Source of the DNA: Octopus sinensis
Taxonomy: Eukaryota
Reading direction: 5' to 3'
Assembly: GCF_006345805.1 (NCBI RefSeq)
Contig: NC_043007.1
Location: forward strand, 58,714,001-58,778,000
DNA length: 64,000 nt
Part shown: positions 37,270 through 49,711 of the stretch, piece by piece
How the letters are laid out: each line of letters begins with the position of its first letter
How positions within the stretch are numbered: position 1 is the first letter of the stretch
Notes under the pieces: model-generated
The model's input: the letters and a program-made list of their open reading frames with translations, nothing else
What the model was told of the DNA's origin: nothing
Database searches by the model: none
Position numbers and translations under genes: made by a program

Positions 37270-37626
37270 TTGCATCTGTCTAACACCCGTGGACATGTTT
37301 ACAAAATCAGAAAACAACACAGCTCCTATGACTTTCGGAAACATTTTTTCACGCTAAGAGTTGCTGGAGCATGGAACAAACTGCTGGCATCAATTGTTAG
37401 TTGTAAGAGCACTGCATCCTTCAAAACTTCCATGCTTCCTGAGATTCGCCAACACTACACCTGATTTTCTCCCCTCCATACACACGCAAGCATGTATCTG
37501 ACTCACACTGTTCACTTTCCAGACATTTGTACATTACTGCATATGCTTTATATGCACTTTTGACAAGTTGTGGTGCACCTGAGCACTATACAATAATTTC
37601 ATTATTATTATATTATATTATTATTA
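37270..37626 (+). mobile_element. 3' end of a CR1/L2-type LINE
   Basis: TRGHVYKIRK...RKHFFTLRVAGAWNKL C-terminal motif, then a 3' UTR and an (ATT)n tail. Confidence 0.85.
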
Positions 37627-38079
37627 CTGGTGTTTATTTTATATAGTTCATTTACTCTGTGAAAAGTTAAGACCCCATATCAATCAGGTTCCTTCTTTAC
37701 TTGCACCTGTCTGTGAGTCTTAACACTAAAAGTCAATTTTAAACTTTTGTTCATTTCCTTCTCAAACAGTTTATATCCTCTGTTAACATTTTCACCTGTA
37801 ATAATTGCAACACTAGAAAATACTCAAATCATTTTCATGACACACTTCAGAAAGCAAGACCTTGAAAATGAATAGCAAGACAAAAGCAAATTCAAGGACT
37901 GTAATATATCAAGCATGTCATCTATTTAGAATGGAAGAAAACTGAATCCCTAGGCAATGATTTTAGAATTTAAACCAGATTATACAAATAGTAGCCAAAG
38001 CAAATATTTTAAAACAATCACCGCAATGAGCTTTGAAATTTGTTCTGATAATTAAGTATATAATTTGTCATCAGTCATT

Positions 38080-40150
38080 TGTTTCATGTCCATTTTCCCA
38101 TGCAGGTATGAATTAAATGGATTGCTTATCCGGGTATTTGAGGGCATATCTGAGAGGGCCACTATAAAAAGCAGTGGTCCCAAGACTGCCCTATGGAACA
38201 CCGCTCACTATTTGTGTGTTCATAGAGGTGGCTCCATTAACCACTACTGCCTGACTCCTACCTTTCAGGAAGTCATGCATCTCACTCCAAGTTTTCCAGT
38301 TATACCGAGGTCACGCAGTTTGTGGCATATCATACCATGATCCACCTTGTCAAAAGCTTTTGCAAAATCAAGGTAGATTACGTCCACATTTGATTTGTTG
38401 AGTAACTGCCTCAACACCCAGTCATAATGCTGTAAGCTGGGTCAGGCAGCTCCTACCTGGTCGAAAACCATGCTGGGTATCACTCAGCAAGTTATTTTCC
38501 TCAAGGAATGCAATTAGTTTCTTTCTGACTATCCTTTCCATGACTTTGCTGATGTGTGAAGTCAGAGAGATAGGCCTATAGTTTTTGGCATCTGCTGTAC
38601 TTCCCCCTTTATGTATTGGGCATATTATTCCCTCCTTCAGCTTGCTTGGCAGTTTGCCATTCGCAAGAAAGCTCTGGAAGAGAATCTTGAGGGGTTTTGC
38701 CAGGGCATGCTTACACGCTTTGAGGAGGATGGCTGGGAAACCATCTGGACCAGCAGCTGAGTTTGTGTCCACTTCATCTATGGCTAGTAGGACATCTTTT
38801 TCGCTAATGTCAATACATTCTATTGTAACCGCCTCGCTGGTTATAGGTGAGGCGGCAAAGGAGTCCACTGGTTCGTTCACTTGTCTGTGTTCCAACAGGG
38901 TGGTAAAGACACTTTTGAACTGGTCATTCAGCATCTCACTGATCATAGTTGGACTGTCTGTGAGGGAGCCATCCTTTTGGAGGAGGGGTCCTATCTTGTA
39001 GTGCACTGAGACTGTTTCTTTCACGTAATGAAAGAAGGCCTTTGGGTTTGATTTAATGTTTTTTATAACCCAGGCTTCTTTGTCTGCTTTCTCCTTCACA
39101 TAGGATTGTTGCAGCCTTTTTTCGATCTCCATCAGTGTTGTTTTTAGGCGGGACGTTTCGCTACTTTTGGGATGTTGGTTGAGACGATTTGCAACCTTCA
39201 TCTGTCGTCTCATGAGGATCTTCCTGTCTCTTGGAATCTTGCTCCTATTTGTTTTGGCATTGTGCTCTGGGACATATTTCTGGCATACGGCTTGAACAGA
39301 AGGGGATAATAATATGCAGTTTAATGCTGAAAAATTCCAGGCCTTGCGCTACCAGCATCCAAAACTGAATATAAACTTACAGGATACACGGTCCACAGGG
39401 AATTTCAATCCAGAGCCTAAGTCTGTGAGGGACCTGGGTATCGACATGAGTGATGATACCTCTTTCCAAGTGCACAACCAGGATGGCGACAAAGTGCAGA
39501 CGACTGGCTGGATGGATCCTAAGAACATTCAGAACCAGAGATAAGGAAGACATATGGTCCTCTGGCGGACATTCATCCTCAGCCGCATGGATTACTGCTC
39601 ACAGTTATGGTCACCCACGAGTGCAAAATTAACAGCGGACCTTGTAGCAATTCAGAGAAGATTCACAAAGAAGATCGTCTCTTTGCAACAGCTCAGCTAC
39701 TGGGAAAGGTTGAAACAGCTAAGACTCTACTCCCTGGAGAGAAGACGGGAGAAGTATGCAGTAATATATGTCTGGAAGATCCTGGAAGGAATTGTGCCAA
39801 ATTTTGGCATTGTAAGCTACACCAATGCTAGAACGGGATGACACTGCATAGTGCCAAAGTTCCCAGCAATACCATGACACTTCAGGACCAGCTTCTGCGA
39901 CAGCCTGGATTTCAAGGGCCCACAGCTTTTTAATATTCTCCCAAAGAGTCTGAGGAACTTGCACAAAGTAGATGTAGCGGTTTTTAAATCAAAGCTGGAC
40001 ATCTTCCTGTCTAGAGTCCCAGTTGAACCAACCTCATGGTAAGAGGTACAAATGAGGGTAGCTATATCAAACTCCATTCTTCACCAAGTGCCACATATTA
40101 CAGGAGGCTCTTAGTAATAACAGTGTTGCAAAAACGGCGGTGCATCAGCA
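38080..40150. mobile_element. CR1/L2-type LINE with a 5' inversion
   Basis: Minus-strand 39300-38080 encodes the RT N-half (NPKAFFHYVK, AGPDG, NYRPISLTS, QHGFRPGRSCLTQL, YLDFAKAFDKV). Plus-strand 39310-40030 encodes the C-half (MQFNAEKF, RDLGI, DYCSQLWSP, YWERLKQL..YSLERRR). Confidence 0.9.
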
Positions 40151-40153
40151 TGG

Positions 40154-40253
40154 NNNNNNNNNNNNNNNNNNNNNNNNNNNNNNNNNNNNNNNNNNNNNNN
40201 NNNNNNNNNNNNNNNNNNNNNNNNNNNNNNNNNNNNNNNNNNNNNNNNNNNNN
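40154..40253. other. Assembly gap (100 N)
   Basis: A run of exactly 100 N next to a (TA)n array, consistent with a placeholder gap of unknown size. Confidence 1.
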
Positions 40254-40328
40254 TATATATGTATATATATATATATAATATATATATATATATGTATATA
40301 TATATATGTATATATCATATATGTATAT

Positions 40329-40904
40329 ATATATATATGTGACACTTGTGAAGACCTGTTGAGGCAAGTATGTGACTGTTGTGAAGACCTGTTGAGGCAG
40401 TGAAAATCAAACCAAATCAAAATAGATGAACATCAATGGAATTTGTACCTTTGTGGTACCAGTGCCGGTGGCACACAAGAATACCATCCGAACGTGGCCG
40501 TAGCCAGTACCGCATCGACTGGCCTCCGTGCTGTGGGCACGTAAGAAGCACCATCCGATCGTGGCCGTTCGCCAGCCTCATCTGGCACTTGTGTCGGTGG
40601 CACATAAAAACACCATCCGAGCGTGGCCGTCTGCCAGCCTCGTCTGGCACCTGTATCGGTGGCACATAAAAAACACCATCCGAGCGTCGCCGTTCGCCAG
40701 CCTCGTCTGGCACCTGTGTCGGTGGCACATAAAATCACCCACTACACTCTCGGAGTGGTTGGCGTTAGGAAGGGCATCCAGCTGTAGAAACACTGCCAGA
40801 TCTGACTGGCCTGGTGGAGCCTTCGGGCTCCCCAGACTCCAGTTGACCCGTCCAACCCATGCTAGCATGGAAAGCGGACGTTAAATGAGGATGATGATGA
40901 TGAT
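40329..40904 (+). mobile_element. RTE 3' UTR copy with internal about 60-bp tandem subunits
   Basis: Same 3' UTR family; repeated GTGGCACATAAAAACACCATCCGAGCGTGGCCGT...CTGGCACCTGT units; (GAT)n tail. Confidence 0.9.
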
Positions 40905-40961
<57 letters not shown>

Positions 40962-41199
40962 ATATACATATATTATATATGGAGATGTACTCGCATAGCA
41001 AGTGATTTGATCTGAGATCGTGTGCTGAAACGAAAACAATTGCAGCGTGGAAGGTGTTTGTAAGCCATTTAAGAAACACACAAAAGCCGTTCAATTCACT
41101 TCGACATTTAAGTTTAATTTGTCAAAATATTTTCGTCGCTAAAATCCTCGACCTGTTCACAGACAAAAATCTGTGCTTCATCTGAGAAAGTAACAGTTA

Positions 41200-41768
41200 G
41201 TTCGTCATATATATGTACGTATGTATGTGTGTATGTATGCATACACGCATGTATGCGTGTATGTATGTGTGTGTGTACGTACATACGCCTGTGTATGCAT
41301 GTATGTATGTATATATGTATGTGTGTGTGTATATGCACGCACATACATACGTACATACATACATATATATATTTGACCTGAACTAACTAGATGTAGGGAG
41401 GGAAAAAAAAACCAAGTAATAGTAAAACAAATGTTCTGTGATATAGAGATAAATGTCTGATAATAGGTTTTAGGGTTTTGTTTTGGGGGTGAGGGTTGTA
41501 AATCACTTCCTAGTTTCGGTGGGGGGGGGGTTGAAATTTGATATTATTGTGATGAGTGGTCAGTCTACATTTATCCATCACTACAGGTTTATAGCTTTAT
41601 GTTTATAGTGTGTATGTGCGTGCATATACACACACATACATATATATGTGTGTGTATGCATATATATATGTATATGTATATATATACATATATGTGTGTG
41701 TGTATATATATGTGAATATATATATATGTGTATATGTATATATATGTGTGTATGCATATATATATATA

Positions 41769-41799
<31 letters not shown>

Positions 41800-41806
41800 G
41801 TGCATG

Positions 41807-41841
<35 letters not shown>

Positions 41842-41845
41842 GTAT
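41200..41845. repeat. Compound TA/TG/TATG microsatellite blocks
   Basis: Directly visible; these blocks produce the spurious Y/I/C/V-rich ORFs. Confidence 0.95.
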
Positions 41846-42353
41846 ATGAGGGTGATGCCATTTTGTTTAGGAACATGTATCATGCATCAAAATGAAGCTG
41901 GTCCTCTGTGGATCACATCCCTACTTCTCAACATAGTCACCATTCCTCTCAACAGCAATGTTCCACCTTTGAATGAGAGCATGTATCCCTGCCCCATAAA
42001 ATTCTCTTGACTGGTCTTTGAGCCACTTCTTCACTACAGTTTTCACTTCCTTATCACTTGACTATCATTGTCACTGAACTATCATCTCTTCGATCCCATG
42101 AAAGAGGATTTGAGAGACAAACATTATTCCAGTGACGTGGAAATGAAAACTTTACTGAAGAAGTGGCTCAAAGAATAGTCAACAGAATTTTACAGGGCAG
42201 GGATACATGCTCTTAGTCGAAGGTGGAACATTACTATTGAGAGAAACGGTGACTGTGTTGGGAAGCTTCATTTTGATGTATGATACATATTCCCGTGTTT
42301 GTAATTATACCTGTCCTAAACAAAATGGCATTACTTTTTGACTCACCCTTGTA
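41845..42353. mobile_element. Foldback element made of two inverted mariner 3' ends
   Basis: TA-flanked termini TA(T)GAGGGTGA... / ...TCACCCTTGTA. The right arm encodes a transposase C-terminus (KHYSSDVEMKTLLKKWLKE..EFYRAGIHAL..RW...IERNGD); the left arm is its reverse complement. Confidence 0.85.
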
Positions 42354-43799
42354 TATGTATAACCATCTAAGGTATAAATGTAGAGACATATAAGGTATAT
42401 AGTAGTTGGTTATTTAAAGGTAAAACAATTGTTTAATATATATAGAAAAGAATAGCAAATAAATGGAGCAATAATTAACAATGAGAAGTTGATTATTGGT
42501 ATTAAAAAGTCATAGTTTAATTGTAATTCAAAACTGTTTACAGCTGTTGCTGTTTATCAAATCGTGGTAAATTTGCATTTATCTCTTTCAATTTAACAAA
42601 CATTGTCAGAATGATTTAGAGGAATATAAATAGGAGATAAGGGGAAAGAAAAGGAAAAAAGTTCATTAAGTCTTTAGGCTTACATTTTAGTGACTTGTTG
42701 GATTCTACGGGTGTATACGTTTCTTCAATTAGATGAATGGAGCAGTAAGTGAGTAGAATGACTATTTGACCGATGGTGTTGTTAATTGTAATATATAATG
42801 CTGTTTGTGACCGTTAGGTTAGTCCCTATGATTACAAATAATGCCCTTGTTAAAACTAAGGATGCTTCTTTAAGTTAGTACGACATAATGCATATATATG
42901 GGCTATGTAAAGGAATAATAAAAAAAGATAAAGAGTACATAAAAAAAATCAATTAAAATATAATGTGTTATGTGAGTCGGCAATCTAGCTTTAAAGTGAA
43001 TCGAGGATTATATGTCCTAGTATACAACATAGATTTTAAATAGATAGTTTTGTTAATCTGGGTACTTTAATTTAAAATTGTTATGTGATGTTAAAATTAT
43101 GCTCTGTGTTAAGTGGGATGGTTTAGGGAAGTAATAAGATGTTAGGTGGGTCAGCTAATAACCTGTAATGTAGGCATTAGTGGTATTTAGAGGATAAGAA
43201 TTTATCTTTATGCAAACATGTTATATTTTTTCTCATCTTCATCTTCATCGTTTAACGTCTGTTTTCCATGCTAGCATGGGTTGGACAGTTCGACCAGGGT
43301 CTGGAAAGCCAGAAGGCTGCACCAGGCTCCAGTCTGATCTGACAGTGTTTCTACAGCTGGATGCCCTTCTTAACGCCAATCACTCTGTGGGTGTAGTGGG
43401 TGCTTTTTACGTGCCACTAGCATGGGCCAGAGGAGGCTGGCAAACGGATACGATTGGCTGGTGCTTTTACATGTCACCGACACAGACGCCAGTCAGGCGG
43501 CGCTGGCATCTGCCACATTCAGACGGTGCTTTTTGTTTAAGTAAATCTGATTTGGCCATTAAAATGAAGAATTTCTCATATATGCATAAATTACAGCGAT
43601 TATTATTAAGGTTCTATAAAGATGCATTGGCTAGGATATGCCATTCTAATCTATAGTTAATGTTATTGTCTTTCAGTTCCCAGCTGTAACTACTTAGTCC
43701 TGTAGCATTCGCTTTACCTATATTTCTGAAATTTGAGCAATGGGAATTATGTCTAAGTTTCATTTCATTTTTAGTTGCTCCATATAAGTTTTCTTGTAA

Positions 43800-44165
43800 T
43801 TATTTGAGAGTACATATGTGTGTGTGTATATGTGTGTGTACATGGGGTTGTGTGTGGAGGTATATGTGCATGTGAGTGCATGTGTGTGTGTATGTAGAAG
43901 GGTGTATGTTAGGTATGTGTGCATTCCTGTGCGTGTGTGTGTGTGCATCTATGTGCATGTTGTGTGTGGTGTTTGTGGGAAGTATCTGTAAGGTGTATGT
44001 GCATTCATGTGTGTGTATGTATGCATGTGTGCATGGGGTTGTGTGGAAGTATATGTGCGTCCCTGTGTGTATGTGTGTATACATGCATGTGTTTAAGTGT
44101 GTGCATGCATGTGTGTTATGTGTGGGAGGTATATATGCATTCATGTGTGTGTGTGTGCATATAGT
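43800..44165. repeat. Degenerate (TG)-rich microsatellite
   Basis: Directly visible. Confidence 0.9.
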
Positions 44166-44900
44166 AGACATACGTTTCCATTATAATTCAGGCACACAGA
44201 AGTTGCTTATCATCTCGATGTAACGCTTGGAGTTCGTAGTAACAGCATTTCCATTATTGTCTTCAAAAAAGTAAAGGCCAATAATGGCAGCTTTTCCAAC
44301 AACACACCAGGCCGTAACTTTTGGGCCATCTTTCATGCAGTTCTCTTGGATTTTCAAGAGCGTTAGTTCTGTTGATTCACCATGCCATTGAGATGAAAAT
44401 GAGCTTCATCACTCATTAACAAAATGAGGTTGTCATCTACCTCAAAAAAGGCTTCCATCTGATGTGTGCAGTTAAGCCACTCTACTTAGCCCCATGGTTT
44501 CAACTGTTGGCCAATGACCAATTTGTACAGGTGGAAGTGCAGGTCTTCATGCAAAATATGCCCTACCGATCAATTACCGATTCTAAATTCAGTGGAATGC
44601 CTCCGAGCAGAGCAATTCAGACTCTGTATCAATGATTGTCTGATGCGTTACACATTTTCTGGGGTCCATACCGTTTATGGTTTCCCCACTAGTCTCCTGT
44701 TCAGTAGTGTACCTTGTGTATGGAGTGCATTCACCCAATGTAAGATTGTGTTAGGGGTGGGAACAGCCTGATTTTGGTGAATGTTGACGTGGCACCAAAA
44801 CTCACGCTGAACTACTGTGACAGACTTGTTATTCTTCGTGTAACTGTTGTAGGCAAACATGAGATGCTCTATCGTCCATAAGCGCCATGACTTTCAATAT
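44165..44900 (-). mobile_element. Tc1/mariner-superfamily transposase relic (N-terminal HTH part)
   Basis: FAYNSYTKNNKSVTVVQREFWCHVNIHQNQAVPTPNTILHWV N-terminal motif, then broken frames toward the catalytic region. Confidence 0.7.
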
Positions 44901-44996
44901 ATATTTTGCCTATTTGGATTATGTTTGCTGGCCACTTTATCATTATTTCTTTAAAGATAATGATAACTTATTTGAATTTTAAATTTATATGTATAT

Positions 44997-45628
44997 AGGA
45001 GTGGTTGTGTGGTAAGTAACTTGCTTACCAATCACATGGTTTCAGGTTCAGTCCCACTGTGTGGCACCTTGGGCAAGTGTCTTCTACTATAGCCTCAGGC
45101 TGACCAAAGTCTTGTGAGTGAATTTGGTAGATGTGAACTGAAAGAAGCCAGTCATATATATATATATATATATGTATATGTATATGTATATGTTTGTGTG
45201 TATTTGTTCCCCCTACTATTGCTTGACAACCGATGCTGGTGTGTTTATGTTCCCATAACTTATCAGTTCAGCAAAAGAGACCGATAGAATAAGTACCAGG
45301 CTTACAAATAAGTCCTGGGGTCAATTTGTTCTACTAGAGGCAGTGCTCCAGCATGGTTGCAGTCAAATGACTGAAACAAATAAAAGAATATATATATATT
45401 ATATATATATATATATGTATATGTATATGTATATGTTTGTGTGTATTTGTTCCCCCTACTATTGCTTGACAACCGATGCTGGTGTGTTTATGTTCCCATA
45501 ACTTATCAGTTCAGCAAAAGAGACCGATAGAATAAGTACCAGGCTTACAAATAAGTCCTGGGGTCAATTTGTTCTACTAGAGGCAGTGCTCCAGCATGGT
45601 TGCAGTCAAATGACTGAAACAAATAAAA

Positions 45629-45630
<2 letters not shown>
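44997..45630 (+). mobile_element. tRNA-type SINE with its 3' half duplicated in tandem
   Basis: Head AGGAGTGGTTGTGTGGTAAG with A/B-box-like sequence and a central (TA)n; 3' halves at about 45170-45390 and 45410-45630 appear identical. Confidence 0.85.
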
Positions 45631-45683
<53 letters not shown>

Positions 45684-46088
45684 TGTTTGTCTTTAGTTTC
45701 AAATTTTAGCACATGGCCAGCAGTTTCAGGGGAGTGGGTAATGTGCTCAGTTGGTGCTTATTTTATCAACTCTGAAAGGTAAAGTCAACCTCAGTAGAAT
45801 TTGAACTCAGAACATGAAGACACACAAAATGCCGTTAAGCATTTCACCCAGCATACTATTGATTCTGCCAGTTCACTGCCTAATAAAATTACTCAATACA
45901 TTTGGTAGAGTACAAATTTATTATTTTAACAAGAACAGTATTAACAGTGACTTTGAAGTTTTAGCCATCATTTCACTGTGTGACTTTATATAGTCTTTGT
46001 TAAGTTAAAATTTTCTAGGGTAAGCCTGTGTTCTGTTGAATATTAATTAGGTTGTTTGCTAGGTTGTGACGGCATGTGTATTTATGTA

Positions 46089-46121
<33 letters not shown>

Positions 46122-47599
46122 TCAGTGACAAATTAAAAGCAGTGCTAGTGTTGTAGTAAACATTATTGACCTCAGTGTGTGTGATTTGCTTGTTTGCCAG
46201 TTTGCTGCAGTAAATCACCTGATGGATGAGTCCCTCATTGCACTGGGTGTTAAAATACCTGACAGTCATTGACATGCAAGACAACTCACTCCAGATCCCA
46301 TTCAGGAGAGATGGATACTGATATTTTTCCATTTTTATGACTTATCAACATCATAAACCTGAATCGAACCAGGGAAAAAATGAATCACCAGTCCATGACT
46401 ATATATAAATAGTATAAATGCTATTTGTTGGTATACCACAATGATGCATACTTACAAATTAAAAGCAACACTAGTGTTGTAAACATTATCGACTGCACAT
46501 ACTCAATGTTTGTGTTGGAAAGTACTAATATCCTCAATTGGCAGGGTAATCTTCATTTCTATATTTTCTGACTTCCCTCTTTCTAATGACAGTATACTTA
46601 GCTGATAGAATCCTCACTCAATATCATGATCCACATACTTGGGTGTTTTAGAAAAGCTGTAAGAGACTGTATCCTTTTGTCATAACTGTTTTGCACTATA
46701 TTTATATTCTTTATATGAATTAAAAGTTTTTCGAGTGATGCCAGGTTTTGCTTTTTTGTTTTCTATTTTAATCTATATCCTCCCGCTCAATGAGAAACCA
46801 AGTGTAGCTACCTTTTCTGCATTTTCAGCACCACATTTTCCAGATGCTGTTCAAGTTGGAGTTTTAGTGGTAAGCTCAACTGAGCACTCATGGTACACAC
46901 CTATTACATTACATCTATTGACGAAAACTCTTTGTGTATACATACACACACACTTACATATGTCTGTATGTATATAATCATCATCATATATTATATATAT
47001 ATGCCACAGAACCTCCCAAAACATCTAAGCTTTGTCCAAGCCTAATTAGGTTACCTTTGAAGAAAACCAAACAATACCACAAACTATGAATCCACAAACA
47101 TTTTACAAGAATGAGGAACAACCCAGAATAATGAGACTAAAATATATAAAATTCATAACCAAGCATAGTATATGTGCATCCCCTTCATCAGTTACCCAAA
47201 CAGATATCACTATCGTTTTGACACCTGAGCAGTACCTTGCAATCCATCAGTTTTCACAGCATTAAAAATATTAATGCTACTGGGAATCCACCAGCTTCGT
47301 TCCCACATCTGTCGCCCTATATTTCCTAAGACATATGTGTATATTATTTTACTGATAGTTCTTTTTACTGTCTATAGACCTCATTATAGAGATTCTTCAT
47401 ATACCTATCCTTATATATACTTTTTAAACTTTATATTATTATAATTTTGGGAGAGGCTTCCCCCTCAGTCACCTGAACTCCATTTCCTACTTACATATAT
47501 GCTTTTTCATTGGTAATACTTTTCTATGTATAAACATAAAAATAAATGTTTTCCAAAATATATTGCACTTCATGTTTGAAGCTCCACTGAAGCTATAGT

Positions 47600-48595
47600 T
47601 TCAGAAAATTCACATCAGCTGGCTTTGTTTCCTCATAACTTTCTGAAAATTTCGACAAATACATTTCAGAGTGTGTAGATTACAATTATATAAGAATTTA
47701 ATATGAAAATTAAAATTGATAGGACAGCTCACATACAGACATTACGTTTTTTTTTTTTTTTTTTTGCAAAAAATTTATTTCAAAATAAATTGTGATATAA
47801 ACAGAATCAACACCATCAGAAGCATATTTGTAGAAAATTTCATTAAAAAATATCCATTTTTCTGAAAGTTATGAGGAATATCCTATTTATGTTTGTGTGT
47901 AGTGAAAAATTGAGCTCATCTCATTCACAGTATTGCCACCCTTTGGGTGCAAACTGAATGAAAGAAGTATATTCTTTGTTTATCTATAATTAAATATTGT
48001 TACATACGAAATGAAGCTGATATATGATAGCAATGTAATCCTAGTATTAATCATGTTAAAGCAATGGGCATACATACACAAATGTCCCCAACTGACTTTG
48101 TTTCTTCATAACTTCCAGATAAATGGATATTTTTTTACTGAAATTTTCTACAAATCTACTTCAGATGGTGTAGGCTCCGATCATATCTGAATTTGTTGTG
48201 GAAAAAATCTATTTGAGGAAGTGGGAAGAGGAGTTTCAGAAAATTCACATGAGTCAGCTTTGTTTCCTTGTAACTTTTTGAAAAATTGGTATTCTTCAAT
48301 GAAAATTTCAACAAATACCTCTCAGAGTGTGTAAATTGTGATTATAGCAGAATGTTATATGAAAATAAAAGTTGGTGAGGTAGCACACATACATACTAAC
48401 ACATATTACATTTTTTTAATAAATTATTTCAAAACAAATTCTAATATAATTGGAATCTACCCCATCTGAAGCATATTTGTAGAAAATTTAATTAAAAAAT
48501 GTTTCCCTTTTTTCTGAAGGTTATGAGGAAACAAAGTCAGTGGAGCACATATGTCTACATAAGGTGCATCTAATTCCAGCTGGTCACTGTATATA
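47600..48595. mobile_element. Old non-autonomous DNA transposon relic with an internal tandem duplication
   Basis: 47610-47880 is repeated at 48245-48530; ends in ...CAGCTGGTCACTGTATA, resembling a Tc1-type terminus. Confidence 0.45.
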
Positions 48596-48848
48596 ATTGC
48601 ACATGCATTTCTGGAAATCCATAGTAAACATGTATTATTTTAAATATATGTGTGTTTTTGTGTGTATATAAATACACCTACCCAGAGTTTCCTGGTCAAA
48701 AAATTTATTTATTTCACCATTTTCCAAGCTGATGAGATGATGTTTGAATGAGGGATGCTCATAAAAAAGAAGACGTGTATATTCAATATTTTGAAATATA
48801 TTTTTTCATATGTGTTCTGACATGTTTTCATTTCCTTTTCTCCTTCAG

Positions 48849-49066
48849 ACTTGCCATAGCTATGCTGCTCTATGTTCTTATAATACTAATCTCAACTCAA
48901 ATAATCCATGCTGTCACAAGTGAAAGCACAGTTGAAACTTTCAACTCTTTCTATGACTTTTGGTTATTCCGGCTGTTTTTGAACCTGCTTGGTTATGCTA
49001 CTTTGTTTGTGCCAGCAGCAATTCTTATCCGTTACTTTAAGAGAAATGGTTACAAGAATAAACCAG
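48849..49066 (+). CDS. SLC35B2: PAPS transporter 1, N-terminal coding exon (LAIAMLLYVLIILISTQIIHAV...DFWLFRLFLNLLGYATLFVPAAILIRYFKRNGYKNKP)
   Basis: Acceptor tttctccttcAG at 48848, donor AG|GTAAA at 49067. The W-x-FR...N..GYA...VP motif matches the PAPST1 N-terminus. In-frame ATG at 48862. Confidence 0.9.
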
Positions 49067-49711
49067 GTAAACCCATTAGTTTTTACTTGTGCATTTATTT
49101 AATTGTTTTTGTCATGGTTGCTTTGTGTGTATTTTTCCCACTGGAAATTATTTGAGAAACTTCAGCTTCTGTAATTTAGCACTTGTAAGCATATTTAAAC
49201 ATGTACTTTAAAAATCTTTTTCAGTGAGACTAAAATATTTTTAAAGTTTAATCTATATGTTGTTACAGAGGTAGAGATACAGAAACAGGAGGAAGAAAGT
49301 GTTTCTTGGGTTTTATTGTTTGGGTAAAAGCATTGAATGCAGTAAGATATGAAGTTGTGACCTAGGCATTGAAAAAATTAGGAATTATGTTGAAGCTAGT
49401 CAAATTCAGCCTCTCACACCTACCCTACAATGTTAATCTAAAAATAAACAATCATACATCAAGATAATACATGATTATTTTTTTTAAAAAGTGAATAAAC
49501 ATCACTTTTGACAGAGTAATCTGACTGCTAAAGGAATAAAGGGAAGGTAAATAGGTGAAAGGAACTGTTTGGAAGCAAAGGGTATAAAGGTGCCACATGT
49601 TAGTTTTTTGGATCACAAACAAAATGAAATTGCCTCATTAACTTTGTAGATCACAGAGCCAGTCATAAATGAAGTAAATCAGAAGCAACTGAAGCTTCTC
49701 AACAACAATAA

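Noticed and set aside
40036-44223. Many Y/I/C/V/H/T-rich ORFs in the ORF track (also at 29082, 57231 and elsewhere)
   Set aside because: They are translations of TA/TG/CA microsatellites or of N runs.
44997-45075. tRNA-like sequence
   Set aside because: It is the head of a multi-copy SINE and does not complete a cloverleaf with an acceptor stem.
47100-47300. Minus-strand CTGATGAAGGGG (47191-47185) and a nearby AGCATTAA/TTAATGCT hairpin followed by GAAA
   Set aside because: The two half-motifs are in the wrong order to form one core and each lacks its partner; at most very decayed remnants.
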